NCBI GenBank assembly: GCA_022712945.1
Contig: JAFLJP010000122.1
Location: 1,853 to 65,852, forward strand
Source of the DNA: Gammaproteobacteria bacterium
GTDB lineage: Bacteria > Pseudomonadota > Gammaproteobacteria > RBG-16-57-12
Direction: 5' to 3'
DNA: 64,000 bases
In this document: one piece after another, positions 1 to 9,354 of the stretch
Numbering within the stretch: the first letter of the stretch is position 1
Layout: every line of letters starts with the position of its first letter
Translations under genes and position numbers: made by a program
Notes under the pieces: model-generated
The model's database searches: none
What the model was told of the DNA's origin: nothing
What the model saw: only the letters and a program-made list of their open reading frames with translations

Positions 1-7
1 GGAGGAT

Positions 8-442
8 GTGAAAATGAATAAACAGCTTTTAGAAGTTTACGCCTTATCGGTGTGTTTTGTCTCAATCGGTTGCTTGAGTATATTTGCCGGTATCTTTCTA
101 TACAGCCTTGTTGAGGCCTCATTTCCATCAACTATGAACAGCTCACGCATGTACCACCCGCCCCCCATTTTTAGCCATAATGGTGTCGTCACCTCCCCCA
201 TCTTGGCAGAGCAGTCATTATCGGGAATATCCAGCGCGGGGGTGATAGCCGGTAATGCTGAGAATAGCCATCAACGCCAGGCGTCACAAAAACAGTTTGA
301 AGAGCGGGCAGAAAAGCAAATGAAAACAGCGTCAATCATGAGCATGGTCAGGTCTGCCATTATTGTTTTAATCGCATCCATTGTTTTTGCCTTTCACTGG
401 CGTATTGCCAAACAGGCACGAAGTAGCAAGGCATCAGAGTAA
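8..442 (+). CDS. hypothetical membrane protein (two predicted TM segments)
   Basis: ORF with two hydrophobic stretches; no recognisable family motif. Confidence 0.3.
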   Translation: MKMNKQLLEVYALSVCFVSIGCLSIFAGIFLYSLVEASFPSTMNSSRMYHPPPIFSHNGVVTSPILAEQSLSGISSAGVIAGNAENSHQRQASQKQFEERAEKQMKTASIMSMVRSAIIVLIASIVFAFHWRIAKQARSSKASE

Positions 443-493
443 GGAACGAGCACGGAATAACTTAGGGATGTAGACGTTATTTCGTGATCGTTC
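441..493. repeat. compact imperfect palindrome (family A repeat, GGGATGTAG core)
   Basis: 19-nt arms ggaacgagcacggaataac / gttatttcgtgatcgttcc flank a ttagggatgtagac loop; both arms reappear inverted at 16975-17130. Confidence 0.6.
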
Positions 494-575
494 CTAAATA
501 CCCCTTGAGGCCTGTAACGTTTCTTCTTCTGGTGCATCTCTATGGCAGCATGTTGAAAACAAGGTCTTTAGTGAA

Positions 576-2711
576 ATGAATGTTAAAAAGCTGCCTCTGT
601 TAATTGTACTGGCTCTTCTGGTCAGCTCATTTTTTATTTTTGACCTGGGGCAATTTTTTAGCCTGGAATATTTTAAAACCCAGCAGGTGACCATTGCCGA
701 GCTGCAACGTGAGAGTCCTCTGCAAATTGCGATTGGATTTTTTCTGCTCTACATCATGGTGACGGCACTATCGCTACCGGGTGCGGCGATTATGACCATT
801 GCCGCCGGTGCTATTTTTGGCCTTCTGTGGGGAGTCATTATTGCCTCTTTTGCCTCAAGCATTGGTGCCACCCTGGCCTTTTTAACCTCACGCTTTCTAC
901 TGCGTGATGCGGTGCAAGTCCGTTTTGGCAGCAAGCTGAAGGCAATTAATGAGGGCATCGAAAAAGAGGGTGCTTTCTATCTGTTTACCCTTCGCTTGGT
1001 GCCACTGTTCCCCTTTTTTGTCATCAACCTGTTAATGGGGCTGACCCCCCTTAGAGCACGTAGTTTCTATTGGGTTAGCCAGCTTGGCATGCTGGCAGGC
1101 ACCGTGGTCTATGTTAATGCCGGTACCCAACTGGCGCAGCTTGATTCGGCCAGTGGCATTCTCTCACCGACACTGATTGGTTCACTGCTGTTGCTGGGTC
1201 TCTTCCCGTGGATTGCAAAAGGGCTGATCAATCGGGTCAAGGCAAACCGAGTCTATGCCGGATACAACCAACCTAAACAGTTTGATCGCAACTTGATTGC
1301 CATTGGTGCCGGTGCAGGCGGGCTGGTGAGTACTTACATTGCGGCGGCAACCAAAGCCAAATCATCGTTGATTGAAAAACATAAAATGGGTGGCGACTGC
1401 CTGAACACCGGCTGTGTGCCCTCAAAAGCGCTGATTCGCTCTGCCAAGTATGTAAACCAGATCTCCCGAGCCAACGAGTTTGGTATCGATTCAGCCAGTG
1501 CCCGTTTTGATTTCGCACAAATAATGGAGCGGGTACAACAGGTCATCAAGCAGGTAGAGCCTCACGATTCGGTGGAGCGTTACACCGGCCTTGGCGTTGA
1601 TGTGATTCAGGGCGAGGCAAAAATCACCTCGCCCTGGACGGTTGAAGTGAATGGCAACACCCTCACCACCCGTAACATTGTGATCGCTACTGGTGCACGG
1701 CCCTTTGTCCCTGAGCTGCCGGGTATGGAGCAGATTGATTATCTCACCTCCGATACTATTTGGCAGCTGCGGGTACTACCCAAACGATTGCTGGTGATGG
1801 GCGGCGGGCCGATTGGTTGTGAGCTGGCACAAAGCTTTGCTCGCCTTGGCAGTGAGGTGACGATTGTTCAGCGCGGCACACGCCTGATGCCTCGTGAAGA
1901 TGACGATGTCTCAACGCTGGTCGCAGAGCGCTTTATTAAAGAGGGCTTAACTGTTCGTACTGCTCACACCGCAAAGGGGTTCAAAGTTGAAGGCGAGCAC
2001 CAGATACTCATTTGTGAACATGAGGGTGCTGAGGTGGAAATTGAGTTTGACCAACTGCTGCTGGCGCTGGGGCGAAAGGCCAATACTCGCGGGTTTGGCC
2101 TAGAGGCACTCGGCATCGAGAGCCGTGAAAACGGTACCATTGAAGTAAATGAGTACTTACAAACCCGATTCCCCAATATCTATGCGGTGGGTGATGTGAC
2201 CGGGCCGTTTCAATTTACGCACACCGCCGCGCATCAAGCGTGGTATGCGGCGGTGAATGCGCTGTTTGGCAAGTTCAAAAAGTTTAAGGTGGACTATTCG
2301 GTGATCCCCTGGGCAACATTTACTGAGCCCGAAGTGGCCCGGGTGGGGCTGAATGAGCAGGAAGCCAAAGCACAAAATATCGAATATGAACGCACCCACT
2401 TCGGTATTGATGACCTGGATCGAGCGATTGCCGACGGTGAGGCTCACGGCTTTGTGAAGGTGTTAACGGTGCCGGGTAAAGATAAGATTTTGGGTGTCAC
2501 TATTGTCGGTGAACACGCGGGTGATTTGATTGCTGAATATGTCATGGCGATGAAACACGGCTTGGGGCTGAATAAAATTCTCGGCACCATTCACATCTAC
2601 CCCACCCTAGCCGAGGCTAATAAATATGCCGCGGGTGAGTGGAAGCGTGCCCACGCACCACAAGGTTTATTAAGATGGGCAGCGCGTTTTCATGACTGGA
2701 TGCGGGGGTGA
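576..2711 (+). CDS. DedA/TVP38/TMEM64 membrane domain fused to a class I pyridine nucleotide-disulfide oxidoreductase (FAD/NAD-binding)
   Basis: N-terminal multi-TM region typical of DedA/SNARE-associated proteins; C-terminal GxGxxG, redox-active GDCLNTGCVPSK disulfide motif and dimerisation domain of lipoamide-dehydrogenase/mercuric-reductase-like enzymes. Confidence 0.8.
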   Translation: MNVKKLPLLIVLALLVSSFFIFDLGQFFSLEYFKTQQVTIAELQRESPLQIAIGFFLLYIMVTALSLPGAAIMTIAAGAIFGLLWGVIIASFASSIGATLAFLTSRFLLRDAVQVRFGSKLKAINEGIEKEGAFYLFTLRLVPLFPFFVINLLMGLTPLRARSFYWVSQLGMLAGTVVYVNAGTQLAQLDSASGILSPTLIGSLLLLGLFPWIAKGLINRVKANRVYAGYNQPKQFDRNLIAIGAGAGGLVSTYIAAATKAKSSLIEKHKMGGDCLNTGCVPSKALIRSAKYVNQISRANEFGIDSASARFDFAQIMERVQQVIKQVEPHDSVERYTGLGVDVIQGEAKITSPWTVEVNGNTLTTRNIVIATGARPFVPELPGMEQIDYLTSDTIWQLRVLPKRLLVMGGGPIGCELAQSFARLGSEVTIVQRGTRLMPREDDDVSTLVAERFIKEGLTVRTAHTAKGFKVEGEHQILICEHEGAEVEIEFDQLLLALGRKANTRGFGLEALGIESRENGTIEVNEYLQTRFPNIYAVGDVTGPFQFTHTAAHQAWYAAVNALFGKFKKFKVDYSVIPWATFTEPEVARVGLNEQEAKAQNIEYERTHFGIDDLDRAIADGEAHGFVKVLTVPGKDKILGVTIVGEHAGDLIAEYVMAMKHGLGLNKILGTIHIYPTLAEANKYAAGEWKRAHAPQGLLRWAARFHDWMRG

Positions 2712-2746
2712 AAGCATATTTATGACACCGTTTTTTTACGTTTTCT

Positions 2747-3919
2747 TCACTTGCTAAACTGTTTATCAATGAGCTTCATTAAACTAATCAAGCCCATTGC
2801 CTCGATACTTTCAGCGATAGGATAGGACTCTTTCCCGGCATAAACGATAAAATTGTGGGTAGATTTAATGTCCTTAATTGCATTATAAAACCCTTTAGCT
2901 GGCTTGGCGGTTAGTCCGCTTTTTATCTCAATTGCCCATATTTCGTTATTAGGCATTTCAAGCACAAGATCAATCTCTGCTCCTGCTGAGGTGCGATAAA
3001 AAGTAGCTCGGGTACCCGTTGGGGTAATCGATAAAATATTCTCAATAACAAAACCTTCCCAGCTTTCGCCTACCACAGGATGACCAGCAAGCTCTTTATA
3101 GTCTCGAATGCCTAAAAGAGCGTGCAACATGCCGCTATCTCGAATGTATATTTTAGGGGTTTTTACAAGCCTCTTGCCTATGTTTGCATGAAACGGCTTT
3201 AACCGCCTGAACAACAACAAATCCACCAATAAATCTATATAAAAACCAACTGTTTTAGTTGCAATAGATAAGTTGGAGGCAAGTTTTGAGGCATTTAACA
3301 TCCCCCCTTGGCAATGGGCCAGCATCATCCATAGTCGTTCTAGTGTTTCAGTCGGAAAGCGAGGGGCGAATTGCGGAATTTCTCTCTCTAAATATGTTCT
3401 GATGAAATCTTTTCTTATGAGAAGGCTACTCTCCTCGGTATCACTCAGAAAGCTCTCCGGAAAACCGCCCCTTATCCATAATTTAACAACCTCATCTGAC
3501 TGGATCTCTAATGCGCTAAAAGGGGCCATATCGATATAACCAATACGGCCTGCAAGGCTCTCTCCAGATTGCTTTAAAAGGTCGAGGGATGCCGAACCTA
3601 AAATGAGAAACCGTCCTGTTTTTTTACCATTGCGCCTACCTTCATCTATCACACCCCGCAAGGTTTGAAACAGTTCAGGCATACGATGAATTTCATCCAG
3701 AATAACCAGGCTGTCTTCATATTGGTTGAAGAAAAAAATAGGGTCTTGTAACTTTTCTCTATCTACATACGATTCAAGATCAAGATAAAGTGATTCTCTA
3801 TCTTCGGCAATATCAAGTGCCAGCGTTGTTTTCCCAACCTGGCGAGCACCAATAATGGCAACAGCGGGTTGGCGCTTCAGTGCTTTTTCGATGTTTTCAC
3901 GTACTTTTCTCTCTATCAT
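2747..3919 (-). CDS. AAA+ ATPase with C-terminal DUF4143 domain
   Basis: Walker A GARQVGKTT near N-terminus; overall architecture of the widespread ATPase+DUF4143 family; gene is AT-rich relative to neighbours. Confidence 0.7.
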   Translation of the reverse strand: MIERKVRENIEKALKRQPAVAIIGARQVGKTTLALDIAEDRESLYLDLESYVDREKLQDPIFFFNQYEDSLVILDEIHRMPELFQTLRGVIDEGRRNGKKTGRFLILGSASLDLLKQSGESLAGRIGYIDMAPFSALEIQSDEVVKLWIRGGFPESFLSDTEESSLLIRKDFIRTYLEREIPQFAPRFPTETLERLWMMLAHCQGGMLNASKLASNLSIATKTVGFYIDLLVDLLLFRRLKPFHANIGKRLVKTPKIYIRDSGMLHALLGIRDYKELAGHPVVGESWEGFVIENILSITPTGTRATFYRTSAGAEIDLVLEMPNNEIWAIEIKSGLTAKPAKGFYNAIKDIKSTHNFIVYAGKESYPIAESIEAMGLISLMKLIDKQFSK

Positions 3920-4230
3920 CCTAGTAATTTAGGACGAGTGGTTGCAAATTACAAGGAGTTGTTGTGAGCTAAAGCTGATTCAAGCGCTTTTAACTTTGCT
4001 AAATCAGAGATTACCAGCGCCTCATCTATTTCCCGTTCGAGTGTTTTGCAGTGGGCGGGATATATGAGGGAAGGGGCTGGTTTTTAATCAGCCCTACATT
4101 GATCCGGGTTACGTGTTTTGTTAGGTGAAGGCTATACTGAAAAGGTCAATTATAAGTGGAAATTGACGATAAATTAAGTGACAATCAAGCTATTGAGAGA
4201 ACCTCAACCATGAGAAAAAGAGAAAGTACT

Positions 4231-4527
4231 ATGGAAATCAGATGCTTAATAAAACAGGATGGTGACTTATATATCGCCATGAGCTTGGATTTTGGTCTAT
4301 CGGCACAAGGTTTAACTGTTGGTGAAGTAAAACGTAAGCTTGAAGACCAAATTGAAGAGTACATAGTAGAAGCTTGTACAGTTGATAAGGCACACGCTGA
4401 AAAGTTACTGTCACGAAAAGGGCCCATCAGTTGGTTTGCTACCTTCTATTTGGCAAAATTACATATTCTATCCAAGAAAATATTTACGTTTACAGAAGTG
4501 AAGTCTAACTGCCCTACTCATGCTTAA
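4231..4527 (+). CDS. HicB-like antitoxin (putative)
   Basis: MEIRCLIKQDGDLYIAMSLDFGLSAQGLTVGEVKRKLEDQIEEYI matches the HicB N-terminal pattern (x-Y-x-A-x-V/L-P-x-L-x-G-x-x-x-QG-x-T-x-EEA-x-x-N-x-x-EAI-x-x-Y); start could be 4156 or 4210. Confidence 0.45.
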   Translation: MEIRCLIKQDGDLYIAMSLDFGLSAQGLTVGEVKRKLEDQIEEYIVEACTVDKAHAEKLLSRKGPISWFATFYLAKLHILSKKIFTFTEVKSNCPTHA

Positions 4528-4542
4528 TAAATTAGGGCGTAT

Positions 4543-4839
4543 ATGTTCTTCAAGAAAACCCCTCAGCTAAAATATAGTGAAGTCGTTAAAGGACTTAAAA
4601 AGCTGGGTTTCTGTAAGCGTCCAAATAAATCGACAGCACACGAACAATGGGTTAGTGATAATCCCTTTAGAAAGGTAACGGTCGATAAACATATATCACC
4701 TTTCTCTGTCCTACTTGTGAAATCAATGGCAAAACAAGCTGATGTCAGTGCTAAAGAGTTTTGCAGGTTATGTAAAGATAAGAAGTACAAGTCAACATCT
4801 GCTGAAAATACAGATAACACCGCCGCTGAGACCGACTAG
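4543..4839 (+). CDS. HicA-like mRNA interferase toxin (YcfA fold) with C-terminal extension
   Basis: KGLKKLGF...STAHEQW...RKVTVDKH...KSMAKQA resembles the HicA core (conserved His, VTVP-H segment, ILKQAGL tail); lies 16 nt downstream of the HicB-like ORF. Confidence 0.55.
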   Translation: MFFKKTPQLKYSEVVKGLKKLGFCKRPNKSTAHEQWVSDNPFRKVTVDKHISPFSVLLVKSMAKQADVSAKEFCRLCKDKKYKSTSAENTDNTAAETD

Positions 4840-5341
4840 CACCTAACTATTAGTACAAAGCACAATCACCCGCTTTCCCCCACCGTATTCAGCGAAAAAC
4901 CCGGCAATAACACCCACTAATCACTTAAAAACAAGCTCATTTGCCTTGATATGCTGATAATACCCGGCAATTCGGGCATGTTTTTTTGATTTTCGAATTT
5001 GACCCCAATTATTACTGGATCAAGCGGTTTATTTTGTCGACGTAGATTGTCTTTGCTCTGGGTGATGATGGCTTGATCCCGTGGCTGAATAATTTGATTG
5101 CTGTTAAACCAATCTTTTTGGCCGAAGGTTGCATAGGCTGCATGGTGCATGCCTTGTAGGGTAGGCACTGCCTACAAAAAAATCATGACTACGGCCTTGT
5201 ATAGGATCAATCATGGAGTACCGCTACGGTAGTTATGCCGTTTCATCCAAGGTTTTTCTAACAATGCCCGATTGTTAGCTTGTCGTCTCACATAAAGCTA
5301 ACGACCTGCTTTGATGATCTTTGCTGTCATCACATAGCCCC

Positions 5342-6208
5342 TCAAACAACCAAACCCCGCCGCATAAACTCGGGCAACGCCAGTGTGGCCCGATGAATGT
5401 CCAGGTTGTAATACTCCGTTTCGAACGGTTTGTTGGCAATATCATCCGCACGGAATGTCTGTTCATTACCCAATTTAAACGCCAGGGTGGCGGCCCACCA
5501 GCCGCTGGGGTAGATCGGTTGTGGAAAGGTCAGGGTGTGCATGTGGCCGAATCCTGCATGGCGCATGGCACCTCGTACTTCATTTAACAGTGCCATATGA
5601 TAGAGCGGTGTTTCGGTCTGCTGGCCTAAAATGCCATTGTCCGCCAGGGCGTGCCAACAGCTTTGGTAAAAGGCTTGGTTAAACAACCCTTCGCCGGGGC
5701 CTACCGGGTCGGTGCCGTCGACAATAATCACATCATAACGGCCCTTTTCTGCCTCGGTGAGCCACTTGATGCCATCAACAAAGTGCAGCTCGGCACGGGG
5801 GTCGTTGTTGGACTCACAGAGTTCCGGGAAATATTTCAGTGCCGCTTTGGTCACCTCTTCATCAATATCCACCTGCTGCACTGACTCAACTTCCGGGTGG
5901 CGCAGAACCTCACGCAGCGTGCCGCAGTCACCACCACCAATAATCAGCACCCGTTTGGGTGCCGGGTGGCTGTAGAGTATTGGGTGGGACATCATCTCGT
6001 GATAGAAGAAATTTTCACGGCTAGAGACCATGGTGGCCCCGTCAATCACCATTAACGTGCCAAAGGTTTCGGTCTGGTACACTTCGATTTTCTGAAACGG
6101 GCTTTGCACTTCGTGCAGTTTTTTGATGATTTTTAGTGAGAAGGCGCTACCACCCGGTTCGTAGCGCTCACTAAACCAACCATTCTCCGGTAACACGCTA
6201 CTAGCCAC
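5342..6208 (-). CDS. speE: spermidine synthase (polyamine aminopropyltransferase)
   Basis: VLIIGGGDCGTLREVLRH and the DIDEEV/DGTDPVGP motifs of the SpeE family. Confidence 0.9.
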   Translation of the reverse strand: MASSVLPENGWFSERYEPGGSAFSLKIIKKLHEVQSPFQKIEVYQTETFGTLMVIDGATMVSSRENFFYHEMMSHPILYSHPAPKRVLIIGGGDCGTLREVLRHPEVESVQQVDIDEEVTKAALKYFPELCESNNDPRAELHFVDGIKWLTEAEKGRYDVIIVDGTDPVGPGEGLFNQAFYQSCWHALADNGILGQQTETPLYHMALLNEVRGAMRHAGFGHMHTLTFPQPIYPSGWWAATLAFKLGNEQTFRADDIANKPFETEYYNLDIHRATLALPEFMRRGLVV

Positions 6209-6896
6209 ACTTACTATCGCCGCAATTCAAACAAGTCATGCAGCCATCCATCTGGATCATCGCTTTGGTATGACACTTGCCGCACAGTTGTGAGCCAGCG
6301 GGGAAGCTCTCTGGCTCTTTATCTTCGGCCTGCTTGAGTGCCCCTTCAAATTCGGCGCGTTTGGAGGCGATCAGTGCTTTTTGATGCTCATCCAGTTCGT
6401 CATCTTTTATCAGGCCGATCATACGCATGTGGCGTTCGATAACATCACCGATTTCACCTACCAGCGAGGGCATGTATTTGCCCCCTTTCTTGAAGTAGCC
6501 GCCACGGGGGTCGAAGACCGAGCGCAACTCTTCGACCAAAAAAGTGACATCGCCACCCTTACGGAATACCGCTGAGATGATGCGGGTGAGTGCTACAATC
6601 CACTGAAAGTGATCCATGTTTTTCGAGTTGATGAAGATCTCGAAGGGGCGGCGCAGCTCGTGTTCAGTGCCGGCATTCAGAACCACATCGTTCACGGTGA
6701 CGTAGAGCGAGTGCTCTGAAAGCGGGGTGCGAATTTTATAGGTGGAGCCGATCAGCATCTCTGGGCGCTCAAGCTTTTCGTGCATCTGCACAAAACTGGG
6801 CTCTTTTGCCTCCTCTTTTACTTCTATAATTTCTGCCGGTTCATCTGCTTTTACCACACTGAAGCCGACGATTTTTTGTGTAATTTTTACGCTCAT
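6201..6896 (-). CDS. nrdJ: class II ribonucleotide reductase, small C-terminal polypeptide (NrdJb-like)
   Basis: C-terminal Cys cluster CGKCH...CMTCLNCGDSKCG; directly downstream of the NrdJa-like ORF, the same split arrangement as in Pseudomonas aeruginosa. Confidence 0.75.
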   Translation of the reverse strand: MSVKITQKIVGFSVVKADEPAEIIEVKEEAKEPSFVQMHEKLERPEMLIGSTYKIRTPLSEHSLYVTVNDVVLNAGTEHELRRPFEIFINSKNMDHFQWIVALTRIISAVFRKGGDVTFLVEELRSVFDPRGGYFKKGGKYMPSLVGEIGDVIERHMRMIGLIKDDELDEHQKALIASKRAEFEGALKQAEDKEPESFPAGSQLCGKCHTKAMIQMDGCMTCLNCGDSKCG

Positions 6897-6916
6897 GACT
6901 CTGTTCCTATCGCTGG

Positions 6917-9070
6917 TTATAGCTTTCCGTAATAGCCTTCTTTGAGGGCATCATACAGATTGGCGGCGGTGTGTATCTCGCCATCGTATTCAATCTCTTC
7001 GTTACCTTTCAGGTCCATCACCGCACCATCATCCAGGGTGAAGCGGTAGGTGGTGTTTTCCAGGTCTTTCTCTTTTACCAGAACACCTTGGAACGCTTCT
7101 GGGTTAAAACGGAAGGTGGTGCAGCCTTTTAGGTTCTTCTCATAGGCGTATTCGTAGATGTCTTTAAACTCTTCATACGGATAATCAGTGGGCACGTTGG
7201 CGGTTTTGGAGATCGACGAATCAATCCATTTTTGTGAAGCAGCCTGTACATCAACGTGTTGTTTGGGGGTGACATCTTCCGCGGTAATAAAGTAGTCAGG
7301 TAGCTGTTCATCCTGTTTATCACTGTAGGGCATCGCTTTTTCGTTGATCAAACCACGGTAGGCCAGTAGCTCAAAGGAGAAGACATCGATTTTCTCTTTC
7401 GATTTTTTCCCTTCGCGAATCACATTACGTGAGTAGTGGTGCGCAAAGCTTGGCTCAATGCCATTAGAGGCGTTGTTGGCCAGCGAGAGTGAAATAGTCC
7501 CGGTGGGGGCAATGGAGCTATGGTGGGTAAAGCGTGAGCCGTGCTCTGCAATATCGGCGACTAGTTCGGGCGCGGCATCCGCAATATTTTGCATATAGCG
7601 GCTATATTTTGCCAACAGGGTCTTGCCCTTAATCAGGTCACCTACTTTGATGCCATCCGTTTTCATCTCCGGGCGTTTGCGCAACATTTCAGCGGTCACG
7701 GTGAACTGTTCATTTAATATCGGTGCCGCACCCTTCTCCTTGGCCAGCTCAACACCGGCTCGCCACCCTTCAAGGGCGAGGTCTTTGGTCACCTGCTCGG
7801 TGAATGCCAGTGATTTTTCATCACCATACTGCATACCCAGCATAGTCATGCTGGAACCTAAGCCTAAGAAACCCATGCCGTGACGGCGCTTGCTTTCGAT
7901 CTCTTGTCGTTGTCGCTCTAACGGTAGCCCTGAAATTTCAATCACGTTATCCAACATACGGGTGAAGATAGTGATCACCTTGCGGTACTCTTCCCAGTCG
8001 AAGGTTGCTTTTTTGCTGAAAGGGTCACGGACAAACTTGGTGAGGTTAATCGAACCGAGCAGGCAGGCACCGTATGGTGGCAGTGGCTGCTCACCACAGG
8101 GATTGGTGGCCCGCACGGTTTCACAGAACCAGTTGTTGTTCATATCATTGACCTTGTCGATCAGGATGAAGCCGGGTTCGGCGTAGTCGTAAGTGGAGGC
8201 CATGATCACATCCCACAAACGCTGGGCACGAATGGTACGGTAAATTTTGTGTGCCACCAGCCCTGACTCATCAGTGAGGTAGTCCTCTTTGGTGGGGAAA
8301 TCACGCCACACCACTTGCTCGGGATTGTTAACGTCGAGGCTATCGATATCGACCTCTTTCTGGGTGATCGGGAAAATCAGATGCCAGTCACCATCATTTT
8401 TAACCGCTTCCATGAATTCCTTGGTGATCAGTAACGAGAGGTTGAATTGGCGCAAACGGCCATCTTCACGTTTGGCGCGGATAAAATCGATCACGTCAGG
8501 GTGGCTGATATCAAACGTGGCCATTTGTGCGCCACGGCGACCACCGGCAGAGGAGACGGTAAAACACATCTTGTCGTAGATATCCATAAACGACAACGGC
8601 CCAGAGGTATAGGCACCGGCACCGGCCACAAATGCGCCTTTAGGGCGCAGGGTTGAAAACTCATAACCAATGCCGCAACCGGCTTTTAGGGTGAGGCCTG
8701 CCTCATGCACCTTGCCCAAAATGTCGTTCATCGAGTCATGAATGCTGCCCGACACCGTACAGTTAATTGTTGAGGTGGCCGGTTTGTAGGCCTGGGCGCC
8801 GGCATTGGAGATAATGCGACCGGCGGGGATGGCACCGTGGCGCAGTGCCCATGCAAATTTATCCTGCCACTCTTGCTGTTTTTTCGGGGTGTCTTCAACC
8901 GCAGAAAGTGCCTGTGCGACACGCTGGTAAGTACCATCAATATCCTGGTCAATTACTTCGCCATCTTTCTTTTTCAGGCGATATTTTTTATCCCAGATAT
9001 CCAAAGAGGCGGACTGGAACTCAATTCCTGCGGTGACTGATGGCACAGTCTTTAAGTGAGCAACCTTCAT
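6917..9070 (-). CDS. nrdJ: class II (adenosylcobalamin-dependent) ribonucleotide reductase, large polypeptide (NrdJa-like)
   Basis: RNR active-site region NPCGEQPLPPYGACLLGSINL and overall class II RNR similarity. Confidence 0.9.
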   Translation of the reverse strand: MKVAHLKTVPSVTAGIEFQSASLDIWDKKYRLKKKDGEVIDQDIDGTYQRVAQALSAVEDTPKKQQEWQDKFAWALRHGAIPAGRIISNAGAQAYKPATSTINCTVSGSIHDSMNDILGKVHEAGLTLKAGCGIGYEFSTLRPKGAFVAGAGAYTSGPLSFMDIYDKMCFTVSSAGGRRGAQMATFDISHPDVIDFIRAKREDGRLRQFNLSLLITKEFMEAVKNDGDWHLIFPITQKEVDIDSLDVNNPEQVVWRDFPTKEDYLTDESGLVAHKIYRTIRAQRLWDVIMASTYDYAEPGFILIDKVNDMNNNWFCETVRATNPCGEQPLPPYGACLLGSINLTKFVRDPFSKKATFDWEEYRKVITIFTRMLDNVIEISGLPLERQRQEIESKRRHGMGFLGLGSSMTMLGMQYGDEKSLAFTEQVTKDLALEGWRAGVELAKEKGAAPILNEQFTVTAEMLRKRPEMKTDGIKVGDLIKGKTLLAKYSRYMQNIADAAPELVADIAEHGSRFTHHSSIAPTGTISLSLANNASNGIEPSFAHHYSRNVIREGKKSKEKIDVFSFELLAYRGLINEKAMPYSDKQDEQLPDYFITAEDVTPKQHVDVQAASQKWIDSSISKTANVPTDYPYEEFKDIYEYAYEKNLKGCTTFRFNPEAFQGVLVKEKDLENTTYRFTLDDGAVMDLKGNEEIEYDGEIHTAANLYDALKEGYYGKL

Positions 9071-9152
9071 TTGATTTTTATTCCCCTGGTTTTTGTCACT
9101 CTGAAAACAGAGTGTTTATCGCTTTTTTCTGCTGTGTTCGCTCTTGAACAAA

Positions 9153-9168
9153 ACACTAGATGTTGTGT
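9153..9168. promoter_or_regulatory. putative NrdR box 1 upstream of nrdJa
   Basis: acactagatgttgtgt matches 14/16 positions of the NrdR palindrome acaCwAtATaTwGtgt; located about -83 from the nrdJa start. Confidence 0.4.
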
Positions 9169-9338
9169 ATTGGGTTGAATACTAAAAGGCTTGCAACGGA
9201 TAGTCAACGCTACTAAGCAATATCAATGTAAAATATAATATTGATATAAATCAATTAATTAAAAAATAAAAAATCACTAAGTTACGGATTATAAATAAAA
9301 AATATATTTCACCTGCGTTAGGGGCTTGATTTTTAGAA

Positions 9339-9354
9339 ACACAAGATGTTGTGC
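9339..9354. promoter_or_regulatory. putative NrdR box 2
   Basis: acacaagatgttgtgc; together with flanks this is a 20-nt near-direct repeat of box 1 (agatgttgtgYattgg). Confidence 0.35.

Noticed and set aside
4917-5168. 83-aa minus-strand ORF downstream of speE
   Set aside because: No RBS, no family features, and it lies in a hairpin-rich degenerate spacer. Retained only as part of the low-coding-gap finding.
5155-5190. Hairpin gtaggcactgcctac followed by A7 as a terminator
   Set aside because: The A-run follows the hairpin on the plus strand and the T-run precedes it on the minus strand, so the orientation is wrong for an intrinsic terminator on either strand.
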